Source of the DNA: Malacoraja senta | Taxonomy: Eukaryota | Assembly: GCA_038087875.1 (NCBI GenBank) | Contig: CM075985.1 | Location: 8,742,001-8,806,000 of the forward strand | Length of the DNA: 64,000 nt | Direction: 5' to 3' | Shown here: positions 38,299-51,250 of the stretch, piece by piece | How positions within the stretch are numbered: the stretch's first letter is position 1 | Layout of the letters: the number at the start of each line of letters is the position of its first letter | The notes under the pieces: model-generated | The model's input: only the letters and a program-made list of their open reading frames with translations | Told to the model about the DNA's origin: nothing | The model's database searches: none | Translations under genes and position numbers: made by a program

Positions 38299-39927
38299 CA
38301 ATGCCCTCCATAATGTTTGCGACAAAGACCCATGATTTATTTATTTGCCACTGTACTCCCCAATTTGTGATTTGTAATAGAAAAAATCACATGTGGTTAA
38401 AGTTCACATTGTCAGATATTATTAAAGGCCATTTTTATACATTTTGGTTTCACCATGTATAAATTACAGCTGTGTTTATACATAGTCCCCCCATTTCAGG
38501 GCACCATAATGTTTGGGACACATGGCTTCACAGGTGTTTGTAATTGCTCAGTTGTGTTTAATTGCCTCCTTAATGCAGGTATAAATGAGCTCTCAGCACC
38601 TAGTCTTTCCTCCAGTCTTTCCATCACCTTTGGAAACTGTTATTGCTGTTTATCAACATGAGGACCAAAGTTGTGCCAATGAAAGTCAAAGAAGCCATTA
38701 TGAGCCTGAGAAACAAGAATAAAACTGTTAGAGACATCAGCCAAACATTAGGCTTACCAAAATCAACTATTTGGAACATCATTAAGAAGAAAGAGAGCAC
38801 TGGTGAGCTTACTAATCACAAAGGGACTGGCAGGCCAAGGAAGACCTCCACAGCTGATGACAGAAGAATTACCTCTTTAATAAAGAGAAATCTCCAAACA
38901 CCTGTCCGACAGATCAGAAACACTCTTCAGGTGTGGATTTGTCAATGACCACTGTCCCCTGAAGACCTCATGAACAGAAATACAGAGGCTGCACTGCAAG
39001 ATGCAAACCACTGGTTAGCCGCAAAAATAGGATGGCCAGGTAACAGTTTGCCAAGAATTACATAAGACAGCAACCACAGTTCTGGAAAAAGGTCTTGTGG
39101 ACAGAGGAGACGAAGATTAACTTATATCAGAGTGATAGCAAGAGCAAAGTATGGAGCAGAGAAGGAACTGCCCAAGATCCAAAGCATACCACCTCATCTG
39201 TGAAACAGGGTGGTGGGGGTGTTATGGCCTGGGCATGTATGGCTGCTGAAGGTACTGGCTCACTTATCTTCATTGATGATACAACTGCTGATGGTAGTAG
39301 CATAATGAATTCTGAAGTGTATAGACACATCCTATCTGCTCAAGTTCAAACAAATGCCTCAAAACTAATTGGCCGGCGGTTCATTCTACAGCAAGACAAT
39401 GATCCCAAACATACTGCTAAAGCAACAAAGGAGTTTTTCAAAGCTAAAAAAATGGTCACTTCTTGAGTGGCCAATTCAATCACCCGATCTGAATCCAATT
39501 GAGCATGCCTTTTATATGCTGAAGAGAAAACTGAAGGGGACTAGCCCCCAAAACAAGCATAAGCTAAAGATGGCTGCAATACAGGCCTGGCAGAGCATCA
39601 CCAGAGAAGACACCCAGCAACTGGTGATGTCCATGTTTTGCAGACTTAAAGCAGTCATTGCATGCAAAGGATATGCAACAAAATACTAAACATGACTACT
39701 TTCATTTACATGACATTGCTGTGTCCCAAACATTATGGTGCCCTGAAATGGGGGAACTGTAATTTCTACATGGTGAAACCAAAATGTATAAAAATGGCCT
39801 TTATTATAATCTGACAATGTGCACTTTAACCACATGTGATTTTTTCTATTACAAATCTCAAATTGTGGAGTACAGAGGTAAATAAATAAATTATGGGTCT
39901 TTGTCCCAAACATTATGGAGGGCACTG
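38299..39927 (+). mobile_element. Full-length Tc1-family transposon (second family, IR/DR type), decayed
   Basis: TA|CAATGCCCTCCATAATGTTTG ... CAAACATTATGGAGGGCACTG|TA. TIRs about 205-220 bp with an internal cataatgtttgggaca repeat. Length 1629 bp. Confidence 0.95.
38658..39689 (+). pseudogene. Tc1 DD34E transposase pseudogene (frameshifts and stops)
   Basis: Fragments with [26 protein letters not shown] and [11 protein letters not shown] lie in different frames. Confidence 0.92.
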
Positions 39928-40979
39928 TATGCAGAGAGTAATCTTGAGATTCTGATTTGTATTCCGTCATAATTCCAAGTCACATTCTTGACCAAACCAG
40001 TTTCCTGACTGAGTAGAGGGGATGTGGGTGCACTGCAGAAGCCCAGGATGTGCTAAGCAGCAAAGAACCAATAATTAACAACATCTTTTCAACTGCAGGT
40101 TTTAGCCAGTTTGATTTATCCCATTATCTACAGCTCCTTTAATCCTTCTTTTCTTCATTTGTGCCATTGTCACCCACTTTTGCCTGGTACCACAAAGGTG
40201 TTGTCTCTCAAGACTCAGTTCCACTTCTTAAAGGAAGTTTAAAGGAATGAACGTAGAATAAAAATGAAATTCAGCACCACAGTCCTTTTCTTTAGGAGGG
40301 TAGATGACGGAATAGTAAAAAGTTATAATCAAACACAATTAGGATAACAGGTTCATTAAGGCACATCAGTAGATTCCATGAAACTATGTGTTGAGTTGCC
40401 TCTCCCGAATAGCATCAGATAGTCTCAAACTTCTTGGATTAATGATTGTTATCAATATGATGCATCGTCCCGAGAGTATATAGGAAGGCTTTCTTTTATA
40501 TCTCCTGGAGTATTCCCATTTGTTTTGTCCACTACTTGCTGCCTGCACTGAGCTTGAACTATACGACAAGTGAAAACATGTACACAGTCTTATAATTTCT
40601 CAACATTGTTTCAATAATGCCCCCAGCAAGTTATATACTACTAACTTTAAAAAGTGCTGACTTTGCATGTCTTTATTTCATTTCCATTTTTTTCTACCCT
40701 ACTTGCAATAGAAGTATTAGCTAGCAAAGAGAGCCTTGGGATCTGCATGCATGCCTTGTTTAAGAGCAGTATTTTCGCACAAAAAGCAAAATCTAAGCGT
40801 TCAGAGACTTGCAATGAGAGCATTTTGTACAATTATTTAATTTCCTGCAATGATATCCCAAAGCTGCCTCGTCATCTCTTTGCATTCATAACTTACTGTT
40901 TCTTCTCTTTGTGTTGTTTGCTTTGCCTTGTTCCCTTTTTCACTCAATTATCTCAGTATTAAATCCTGCATCTCTTGAT

Positions 40980-41085
40980 AGAAACAACTTGCGTTTATAT
41001 GGGTATTTTCATGGGCCCAGATGTCCAAAATGATTAACGTCATGTGAACTGCATTTGAAGTGTAATCATTGTTATAACTTGTGTT
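40980..41085 (-). mobile_element. Ancient Deu-type SINE tail fragment (similar pieces ~12300-12370 and ~54290-54410)
   Basis: aacaacttgcgtttatat...gatgtccaaaa...tttgaagtgtaatcattgtt resembles the recalled DeuSINE 3' tail. Confidence 0.4.
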
Positions 41086-41099
41086 TGCCAGTGTTTCTG

Positions 41100-41462
41100 C
41101 CTTTAGAGTCATACAGCATGGAAGCAGGCCCCTTCAACCTGCTTCATCCATTCAACCAAGATGCCCCATCTAAGCTGGTCCCATTTGCCCACATTTGGCC
41201 CATATCCATATAAACCTTTCCTATCCATGTACCTGCCCAAGTTTTTAAAATGCTATTATAGGACCTGGCACAACTATCTCCTCTGGCAGCTCATTCTAAT
41301 ACCCACCACCCTCTGAGTGAAAAAGTTGCCCCTCAGATTTGCATTAAATCTTACCCCTCTCACCTTAAACCTCTGTCCTCTTGTTTCTGAGTCCCCCTAT
41401 CTTGGGTAAAAGACTCTGTGCATTCACGCTATCCATTCCACTCCTGATTTTATACTCCTCTA
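41100..41462 (-). mobile_element. CR1 3' end
   Basis: Reverse tail catacagcatggaagcaggccc...ccatatcc and ctctgagtgaaaaagttgcccctc. Confidence 0.8.
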
Positions 41463-41750
41463 GTCAAGAAGACATATGTAACAATAGACCAATATAATGT
41501 TTACTTGCAGCAGCACAATGGATTTGTAAACACAGTACCCAATAGATAATATAATAAATAAACAAAAAAAAGTTCAATAAATGAAAAAATATATATACTA
41601 AAAGCAAAGCCTGAAGTCCGTAGTGCAACCGAGTAGGTTCATAGTTCACAGTTTAGTTGGAGTTTGTAGTATTCAATAGCTTAATGGTTATTAGAAAGAA
41701 GCCGCTTCCAAACTTGAACTTTACTGTTTTCAGACCCCTATACTTTCTTC
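41463..41750 (-). mobile_element. Rex1/Babar 3' end
   Basis: Tail ttacttgcagcagcacaatgg...ttcaatagcttaatggttattagaaagaagc. Confidence 0.55.
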
Positions 41751-41759
41751 ACACTGACT

Positions 41760-42400
41760 GAACCTCAGTCGGCAGATTTGCACAGTATGTAGAGCGTTTA
41801 TATTAGTGCTTACTTAGACACCAAGCTTCAAACGACAGCTTGTTCTCTGAAACATTTCAGAGGATCGACTTTAGACTCAATATCCATAAGACCTGCTCCT
41901 GCTACACAACTCTGCCCTTCAACAATAAAGTTCACAGTGAGACCCTGGAAAACATGGATCGTCTCATGTCTAAGGAGGCACCTCTCACCAAAGGCAGCCT
42001 TCGACAGCAGAATTCACGATCATCCTCTAAAAGTGTCTGTGCAGTACTTCGCAGATTGATCTAGGACAAAATTAGTCACTGAGCAGCACTGATCCCTGAT
42101 CTCCTGGATGCTTCTGAGACTTGGAACTTCAACAGCAGGCACATTAAGATTCCCGAACAATACCACCAAAGCTGTCGCTACAAAGTCCTCCAAACTCACT
42201 GGAAGGATAAGTGAAACTGCCATCAGTGACCTCTTTCAGTATTGACGTTCTAGTTGTGTTCATTTAGCTCCATTGAGCATGCCAATGCCAGGCAGAGGAA
42301 AGGATTGAAGGATGTTCTCAAAGCCTCCTTAGGGAGAAACATGCAGCACTTCTCCTACTCCTGAGTCATGACTCCTCAGAATGGAGAAGGAGATTTCCAT
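41760..42400 (+). mobile_element. Decayed RTE (BovB-like) LINE fragment
   Basis: LNIHKT, LENMD, HQSC..KVLQTHWKDK and QRKR.KDVLKASL-like peptides. Confidence 0.55.
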
Positions 42401-42402
42401 CA

Positions 42403-42677
42403 GTGGCACAGCGGTAGAGCTGCTGCCTTACAGCACCAGAGATCTGGGTTTGATCCTGCATATAGGTGCTGTCTGTATGGAGTTTGTACCATTCTCCCTG
42501 TGATCACATGGGTTTTTCCCAGGTGATCCAGTTTCCTTCCACATTCCAAAGACATGCAGGTTTGTAGGTTAATTGACTTCCATTAATTGTCCCTCGTGTG
42601 TGGGATAGAACTGGTGTATCGTTGGTCCGCAGGCTGACGGGCCTGTTTCCATGCTGCATCTCTAAATTCATCTAAAC
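42403..42677 (+). mobile_element. HE1-like V-SINE
   Basis: A-box gtggcacagcggtaga, B-box gggtttgatcct, V-domain, and tail gcctgtttccatgctgcatctctaaa. Confidence 0.88.
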
Positions 42678-43391
42678 GGAACTAATTTTGGGACTGTGTA
42701 GAGGCCCTGCGTAAATGCAGGAAGGAATGCATTTGCATTCCATCCATCACCGGAGCTTATTAGGTGATGCTTTAAAAAAAAAAGGATTATGACAGTTGGT
42801 GGGGAAAATATTGTAGTGTTGTGATGAAAGAGCTATGGTAATGGGGGCACAGAGAGATGGAATACAGTATAACTATTTTAAAGGTACTGCCATAAACACA
42901 GTTTTCCTCCATTTGTACTATATAATTTTATTGTTCCATAAGGCATATTACTGTGGTGCTTCTTGATTAAAAAAAAGCAGACTTTCAGATGGCAGATTAA
43001 AAATGGTTCCATAATTGATGTGCAAATCCTGCCTGAGGTAGGGTCGTCATGCCTAGGTCATCTCTTTGAAATACAATCCAATTAGACCCATTCCCATCCT
43101 ATTTAATCATAGCAAAATATATTTTGGGTTATTTATTCAGACCCCTTAAAAATTTCATTTATCTGTTTTTACCAACCTTTATAACTTGCAATCCAGACGA
43201 TTGCCATGTGGCCACGTTTTACTCTTGTCTTCTTCTTTGTGTTAGTTTCCTTAAATCTGTACACACCAGGTACTGACCCTACCATGAGGATACATTTCAC
43301 TCAACTTATTTCAACCTCCTTCATTTTGAGCTCATCTACTGCACCTTTTCTTATTTTCCTCTGATCTCAGGAGAACTAATCCAGATTTTCT

Positions 43392-43760
43392 ATAGACAAT
43401 AGGTGCAGGAGTAGGCCATTCGGTCCTGCGAGCCAACACCGCCATTCAATGTGATCATGGCTGATCATCCACAATCAGTACCCCGTTCCTGCCTTCTCCC
43501 CATATCCCTTGACTGCGCTATCTTTAAGAGCTCTATCTAACTCTCTCTTGAAAGCATCCAGAGAAGCAGCCTTCACTGCCCTCTGAGGCAGAGAATTCCA
43601 CAGACTCACAACTCTCTGTGTGAAAAAGTATTTCCTCATCTCCGTTCTAAATGGCTTACCCCTTATTCTTAAACTGTGGCCCCTGGTTCTGGACTCCCCC
43701 AACATCAGGAACATGTTTCCTGCCTCTAGCGTGTCCAAACCCTTAATGATCCTATATGTT
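43392..43760 (-). mobile_element. Young CR1 3' end
   Basis: ORF 43475-43738 ...FFTQRVVSLWNSLPQRAV...GYGEKAGTGY plus tail. Confidence 0.9.
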
Positions 43761-43820
43761 TTATTGCTTAATCGAACTGAAATCCCTCATCTTCGGAGCC
43801 ACTAAATAAATATTCTCTGC

Positions 43821-44130
43821 AGTTTAGTTTAGTTTTAGTTTAGAGATACAGCGCGGAAACAGGCCCTTCGGCCCACCGAGTCCGCACCAACTCGCAATCC
43901 CCGCACTTTCACACTATCCTAGACACATTAGGGACAATTTGCATACACCAAGCCAATTAACCTACATTCCTGTGCGTCTTTGGAGTGTGGGAGGAAACCG
44001 AATATCTCAGAGAAAACCCACGGGGAAAACGTACAAACTCCGTACAAACAGCACCCATAGTTGGGATCGAACCGGGTCTCTGTCGCTGCAAGCGCTGTGA
44101 GGCAACAACTCTACCGCTGCGCCATCGTGG
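43821..44130 (-). mobile_element. Full-length HE1-like V-SINE
   Basis: (agttt)n tail, V-domain and tRNA-like head (reverse complement: gatggcgcagcggtagagttg...gggttcgatccc). Confidence 0.9.
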
Positions 44131-44841
44131 CGAGAGCAAGAATTGTATGAATACCCTTACCAGCAGCAACACAGATGTCCTCAATGCAATTAGCTAATGC
44201 AATAAATGCTGGCCAAAGTTACCCACATTCCATAAATAACATTTTTAAAAAAAGCAAAATGCAAACACTGAGTTTTCTTGCTTTAAAGTCATTTGCCTCA
44301 ACTATACCAATGATGAACTAACGGAAAGCAGACTGTTAATTGCACCAGATTTATCAAATTTATCCATTTTCAAATGATCCAAGCAATAAATTAACATTTC
44401 CATAAGTGTATTGATTTATAACCTACTGAATGTGCTGGCAAGGTGTATATCTATAAACTAGTTGTTTGTTGCTTGGTGCTGGGGGAGCAATGAGGATCTG
44501 CACAATGTGATCTTTCCCAGGCAATTTTGCAGCATAGAATACTGATAAATTGCAGTGTATTTGCACCTAGTTTGAAAAAATAAATTACTGTTTCGTTTGA
44601 AATTAAATCCAGACGTTGGCTGTAGTTGAGCTGCTGTTTTGCTCTCAGGCTAACAAGATTGCATGGAAACAGAGGATTTGTGAAAATATTTTTTATGGAT
44701 TATTTACCATAATGGAAGAATGAATAGAAGCAAACACTCGTGGTCCTTTGATGCACAGAGAGCTTGTCAAGGCCAACAATGAAAACTAATAGTTTTCCCC
44801 AAAAAATGAGGAATACTACAAAAGATCTAATATTGCCAGAT

Positions 44842-45140
44842 GGTACACAAAAATGCTGGAGAAACTCAGCGGGTGCAGCAGCATCTATGGAGCGAAGGAA
44901 ATAGGTAACGTTTCGGGCCGAAACCCTTCTTCAGACTGATAGGGGGTGGGGAGAAGAAAGGAAAAAAGGAAAAGGAGGAGGAGGAGCCCGAGGGTTGGGG
45001 GAGGGGAGGAGACAACCAGATGGCTGATGAAGGGGAGGGGACAGCCAGGGCTAGCAGAATTGGGAGAATTCAACGTTCAGGCCACCAGGGTGTAGACTGC
45101 CCAAGCGGAATATGAGGTGCATTTCCTCCAATTTACGGTG
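44842..45140 (-). mobile_element. 5'-truncated Penelope-like element (GIY-YIG C-terminus + pLTR with hammerhead motif)
   Basis: Minus-strand HRKLEEMHLIFRLGSLHPGGLNVEFSQFC* at 45051-45140. pLTR identical to the arms at 3700 and 35583. TSD ttgccagat at 44833-44841 and 45141-45149. Confidence 0.9.
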
Positions 45141-46229
45141 TTGCCAGATCCCTTCCCCCCATTCCATAACTCTGATAACCCAGACTGTTTAAGCTTCTGT
45201 TGGCAAATGTTCAACATGAGAAACCAACCATTTTATTTAGATTATTATTTAAGATGAAGTTGCTTTTGATATTGTCTGATAAATATTTGATCACATTTAT
45301 TGATTGTTTGGCTAATGTACCATTGTCGAAGAATGCAATAATTGTATTGTGGCTCAGGTAATCACAGAGCCATTATTTAAAGAGATCAGTTAGATTTCTC
45401 TATGACCATCCCTGTCTGCACGGTGAATTCAGAAAGAGGATTGTTAGAATTCAATATGCTGTGCAGTGAAGCTTAATCTTTCTATTTTATTGCATTTCAG
45501 TGAAAGTATCTTTTAAGTGGCATAGATAATGATATTTTCTGTTCTGCGAAGAAAATGTTAAAAATCTATTTGTGTTTTCATTTGTTTTTAACTAAAGAAA
45601 AAAGGAAATGTTAACCTAAGTATGCTGTGGTGAAATACGTGCTCTCTATTTTACATGTTGTTAAAGCTGAATGCAGTTTAAAGTTTGATATGGGATGAAA
45701 CATTAGCATATTTGTTTTTACTTTTTTTGGTTTTTCCTCTTCATATATTTATCTTCCTCTGATTTTCCCCCATCTCATCTTCTGTATTCAGTCTTTGAAC
45801 CTCTAAATTATGTGTCCTCTTGGTATGTCTGCATTTTAACTATTTATTCTTTCTGCCACATACCTTCTCCCTCACTGTGGCGCTTGCCTTCTTTCATTCA
45901 CTCTCTTTGCTTGACACCTTTCTCCTTCCCCCTCCCCCCAGACCTTTCTCTCCTTTCTTCAAGTAAAGTCTTTATGTCTGTCATATCTGATCCATGAGAG
46001 CTTCAGGATACAGGTGGCACTGCGTTATGGCAGTTCGGGCAATGGAAATTCTCCCTTACAGAATTGACCGATTGCTATTCAGAAATGATCCATACATTCC
46101 AGGAAGTGAAATGGTTACTACCCAGCCATTTTCTGTTTGCTAATTCAGTCTCCTTATGTAGTTGCACTCACTTACTTTCGCTTGTCATTTTCCTATCATT
46201 ATTACAGAAACAATTATATAGACATATAT

Positions 46230-46405
46230 GTGTAGGAAGGAATTGCAGATGCTGGTTTAAACCAAAGATAGACAAAATGCTGGAGTAACTCAGCGGGACA
46301 GGCTGAGAGAAGGAATGGGTGACTGGGTTACGACTCGAAACGTCTCGCATTCCTTCTCTCCAGAGATGCTGCCTGTCCCGCTGAGTTACTCCAGCATTTT
46401 GTGTC
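46230..46405. mobile_element. Inverted-repeat PLE pLTR mini-element
   Basis: TSD tatatagacatatat at 46215-46229 and 46406-46420, with two opposing arms. Confidence 0.88.
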
Positions 46406-46755
46406 TATATAGACATATATCTGTTTTAAAATCTATATTTGGACATGGATGATGCAATACATTAGAACACACTTCAGTTCTGGCTGAGGGAATGTATAAA
46501 ATCAGTTCCTACAGCATTGCAATATCACTACTAACACTGTCTATAATTTACCAGGATCACATTTATTATATTGTTAACAAACTGAACAGGTATTTTTGTA
46601 TAGCCTATCACTTCGCTTTGAAAGTGTTAAATTGGATTAAATGCAATTAATTACATTTTGAAGTTCCTATTGTTTTGTAGGCAGTTACATCCCATCATAA
46701 TTGGGCTCACAGGCACCAAAAATCAGTTTTGCAAGATAAACAGATCATAAAAGCT

Positions 46756-47262
46756 AGAGACACAAAAAATGCAGATGATAGAATTTTGGGCAAAACACAG
46801 GAGGATCAGGCAGCATCTGTGGAATGAATGGATAGGCAACCTTCCAGGTCAGGAACCTCTTTCAGACTGATGGGATGGAGTTAGAAACCTGAAAAAGAAA
46901 GGTGGGGCAAACCTAGCAAATTGTAGGTGGATACAAGAAAGGGGGGAGGTTGATTGGTGGAGGAGGTGTCAAAGGCTAGAAGTGAAAAGGAGGCAAAAAG
47001 GTGTGGGATAGGGGACGAAAAGGAGGAGTAAAATGTAAAGTTGGAGGGAGGGTTATGGTTGGAAGGAGACGGTGCCTTATCTCCCTTTTATTCTTGTATC
47101 CACTTATCACTTGCCTGGCTTTGCTCCACCCCCACCTCTCTTCTCCAGCTTTCACACAATGCACCATCAGTCTGAGGATGGGTCCTGACCTGAAACATCT
47201 GCTGTCCATTTCCTGCACAGATGCTGCCTGACCTGCTGAGTTCCTCTAACACTTTGTTTTTG
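46756..47262. mobile_element. Older inverted-repeat PLE element; + arm has a hammerhead-like motif at 47172-47199
   Basis: TSD gatcataaaagct at 46743-46755 and 47263-47275. Motif CUGAGGA-U-GGGU CCUG ACCU-GAAA-CA-UC. Confidence 0.8.
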
Positions 47263-47710
47263 GATCATAAAAGCTGCTTGATTGGCATAACAGCCAAACT
47301 GTTTGATCGCTGACTGTCATGAAAGCGAGATAATGGTGAACAATCATCCTCACCACACACTTTGTGGCCTTGTCATTCTGGTGTATTTGGTGATTCCAGT
47401 CCCTTCTTTCATCTTCCTGTTAGCTGGTCTACCGTATGATCCCATCTTATATTTGATGTTCCTATAGACTTCAACATTGCATGGCCTTAATTTTATGTGG
47501 TGATTCCAGTCTTGCAGTAAAACACCAAATCTCTCATCCTCAAGACTCATATTCTAAATAGAAACATCTAACACCTTCCACAATTGGACATTTCTGTTAT
47601 GTATTTTATACTATATATTTTGTTTATTTCCTTGAGCACTTTTGTCTTGAATCGTTTTTAATTGATCTGATGTTGGAATAGTTCACTAAAATGTTCTCTT
47701 CCAATTTTAG

Positions 47711-47899
47711 GTGGAGGTAGAAGTGGAAACCATGGACAAAGCTGGCAATTTCATTGGCTGGTTGCACATAGAAGGGGCCAATCTCTCTGTTGCCCTTGTG
47801 GAGCACTCGCTGTCAAAGGTCCACTTTACCGCAGAGCGGAGTTCCTACTACAAAGCACTCATATCAGTTGAGGAGGCAGCCAAGCTGAAACGGGAAAAG
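47711..47899 (+). CDS. SND1: Internal coding exon of staphylococcal nuclease domain-containing protein 1 (Tudor-SN), SN4 region; probably equivalent to human exon 17
   Basis: Acceptor ...ctcttccaattttAG|GTG and donor AAG|GTagg. The 189-nt phase 0-0 exon encodes [63 protein letters not shown], closely matching the vertebrate SND1 peptide as I recall it ([63 protein letters not shown]). Exon number is recalled, not computed. Confidence 0.95.
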
Positions 47900-48014
47900 G
47901 TAGGACTTGAATGGGAGTACTATTTTTGTGAAGCAGCTTGGACTTTTCAAAAATGTTGTGGGTGTGGGTATTTGTGATTTTCACGATGCCCATTGGTTCA
48001 GGAAAACAATACTG

Positions 48015-48150
48015 TGAATGCTGGAAACCTGCAATAATGCCAGAAAAAAATGGAAATACTAAGGACTTCAGGTAGCATCTATGAAAAGAGAAATGAATGT
48101 TTCCACCTTTCATAGATGCCGGCTGATCTGCTGCGTGTTGCCTGCATTTA
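48015..48150. mobile_element. Highly decayed inverted PLE pLTR pair
   Basis: atgctggaaa...caggtagcatctatgaaa / ttcatagatgcc.gctgatctgctg. Confidence 0.5.
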
Positions 48151-49977
48151 AAATATATATTTTGCTGAATAAGGGTGTGTAATTTGGAAATGAATTATAT
48201 TGAAGCTGTCCCTTAATTGAAATACTCTGACCTTTTAAAAGCATGTAAGTTGTTGCATTTTGGTTGAATTAAAGAATGATGCCTTTGTGGAAGAAGGCTA
48301 GTTAGGTTTGAACCCCTGCTGGCTCTCTGCAGTTTTGCATGTGATCACTCAATTATAAAAAATAATTTATTTTCATTTAAGAATTGAATTCTGAACAATA
48401 TTACCATTCTTAAAGATCCCAAGGGGTCTAAATTCTGAATGTCAGAAAAGCCTTTAATAAATAAAACCTTTTTCTGGGCAAAACATTATTTGCTAACTCT
48501 GGACAACAGAGACAGCTGTTCATACAGTTGACCTCTAAATATGTAAATGCTGAAGCCCTCAACAAGTTCACTTGTCCATTGCACTTTAAAGGACACCACA
48601 TTTTAACTTTATTCATATTCTTCTATAAACATTGTCAGGGAATTATTAAGATGAGGCTTATAGCTTAAATATATTTGGACAAGTTTTCTATTTTTCTTCC
48701 CTTTCTGTTCTGAGCAGGGAAAGTAAGAAAAGAGGTATTCTTGGAAGACCTCCACTGTGCAAAGTGTAGCACTCGGTAAATAGAATAACATTAGAATAGG
48801 TTTGCATATCACAAGTTTTGATGAAGATGTGCAAACAACTTAATGCTGCCTTAAATCTTGAATCCTCAAAGGGCATTCTTATCTGATGTAGGATTCAGTG
48901 ATGCGTTTCAATAAATTTCAGCTGATGTTAAATAGATAGGAGGCTTATGTGATAAATTGCATGTGGTACTGAAATGTCACCACTTCATTTCAGTTACTGT
49001 GGTACAGGGTTTGAAAGTTTACGGGCTTACTTTAAGATACTTTAAGTGGCAACCAGTAGCTGTGTCATTTTTCAATTCCCAAAAGGCATTTGAGAAAGTG
49101 CCACAATACAGTTAAAAGCTTGTGGCATTGGGAAGAATTTGTAAAAACTGTTAAAGAATTGGCCAAGATTACGTCAATCATATTCTTGCAAAATAGACCA
49201 TGCTTAAGATGCTATGTGTTTCTTATTGCTCGTAGTTATGTTTTTTGTTTAATTGGATTTGGAAGATTGACAGTAGTAGCCCTGTGTATGTTTGATGGTT
49301 CCCTACTCACCTGCTACTTTATTTGTAAACTAGCTGAATGTAACATATAAATTAATAGAACCAACGTTTTAGGTGAAAATTATGTACACAACATCTCAGA
49401 TTAGTGGATTTGAAAGCATTTCATACTTTCTCGACCTTAATTTGAAGTCAAGTTGTGAAAAAAGGAAAATCAACATCACAAATTAGCATTGAGTGAAGAG
49501 TGGGACAAAATATGAATTGCCACTGTTTTAATAATTAAAGTAGAATTTATTTTTGCTGAGTAATGTACATTTTTAAATCAGTCAGTTATTGTTTGGATGT
49601 AGACCCTGATTGTTACTGAGTCTCCAAAGCTAATAAGACTAAAAAGGATTATTTCAAGCAAGTGTCAAACTGCATAATTCACTGTGTTTTAAATAAGGAA
49701 GCCATTATCAGTGGGTAGTGTTAGTGGGTAGCATACTGAACGGAAATTAGGCCATTAATAGATTCAAGCATTTGCGTTTTCATATTTGTGACTGAAATAA
49801 CAATGATTGAATGTGTATGGTTAATAAAACACATATTTATTTGAGTGGGGTTCAGGGATTGTTTGAATTATCAAAATGGTTTCCCAGCCCTAACCCCCCA
49901 AAAAATGTTGTACCACTACTTTATTGTAATGGAAGGAAGCTTATTACAAATACAGTCTTAAGGCATTCATAAAGAGT

Positions 49978-50270
49978 AATTCTTTGAGGAAGTTAATAGC
50001 AGGATAGACAAGGGAGAGTCAGAGGATGTCATTTACCTGGATTTTCAGAAGGCCTTTGATAAGGTGCCGCATGTGAGTCTGCTAAAGAAGATGAGAGCCC
50101 ATGGTGTCAGATGGAAGATACTGGCATGGATTGCAGCCTGGCTGAATGGCAGAAGGCAAAAAGTCAGAATAAAGGGGACATTTTCTGGTTGGCTGACAGT
50201 GTTCCACAAGGGTCATTGCTGGGGCTGCTACTCTTCAAGTTATATATCATTGATTTCGATGAGGGAATTA
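49978..50270 (+). mobile_element. CR1 RT fragment
   Basis: FFEEV..RIDKGESEDVIYLDFQKAFDKVPH. Confidence 0.85.
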
Positions 50271-50599
50271 TACTTCTGCTCCTATGACATGAAGTTATGA
50301 AAACAGTCAAGACCATCTTGATGCCAAAGACTAGATGGGCTAGATAGTGGTCCTTGATATTTCGATCAATTAAAATTTTGGGAACATCATGCCTAAACAA
50401 GCATAATGCCCTTTACATACTAAATAAGAGGTCTTAAAGTTGATCTATACTCCTTGGTTGAAATGCACCTGCCTTGAGTGGTCACTCAAAGTTTGGAGGT
50501 TGTTGTCAGGGAAGCAGTTGGCTGACAGGGCTAGTGGGTAGTTTGTGAAATAGTGCCCTGAGGAGGTGCAATAGGCACTGTACACTCATTGCGATAATT

Positions 50600-51250
50600 T
50601 GGATGAACCTAGAGATCATATTATTTGAAATGATACAGCACAGAAGGAGGTCGTCTTGCCAGTGCTGTATTTTTAGGACTGCCATCCAATTAGTCCCACT
50701 TTTCCCAGAGCCCTGCAAATATTTTCCATTTTTGGTATTTTATACTTTTCTCTTCATTACAATTGAATATTGTTGCACGATATTTTTGAATAGAGTATTC
50801 AAGCTCACAGCAATCCATTTTATTAAAAAATGTGTCCAAATGTTACTTTTACTTTTAACCAACCAAGTTAAATCTGTCCACACTGATTACAGATCCTTCA
50901 GTGACTACAAAGCATTGCTCCTTCCTTACACCACAGAATTGAACACTTCTGACATACTCTTGACTACCTTTGCCTCTGGCGAGCAATTCTAGCTTTACCC
51001 ATCTCTCCTCATAATTTAAATTCTTCGCACCTGATAGGAATCTCTCTTGCAAATTCTTTAATTACATCTCCATCCATCCCTTCCCCAAATGCGAGACCAA
51101 AAATTGAACACAATATTACAGTTGAGCCCTCACTAATATTTTTAATACGTTTAGAAAGACTTCCATGCTTTTGGATTCTATGCCCCTGTTTAAAAGCTCA
51201 GGATTTAACAGACTTCTTACTTTATCCTCCTGACTTTAATGATATTGTAT
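50600..51250 (-). mobile_element. Decayed CR1 3' region
   Basis: LNYEERWVKLELL-like peptide and tail. Confidence 0.55.

Noticed and set aside
42403-42470. tRNA gene
   Set aside because: tRNA-derived SINE head continuing into a V-domain. No complete cloverleaf.
1-47710. LRRC4 coding exon and the preceding SND1 exon
   Set aside because: No long LRR/Ig ORF on the - strand and no matching SND1 peptide seen by eye. A short exon could have been missed.
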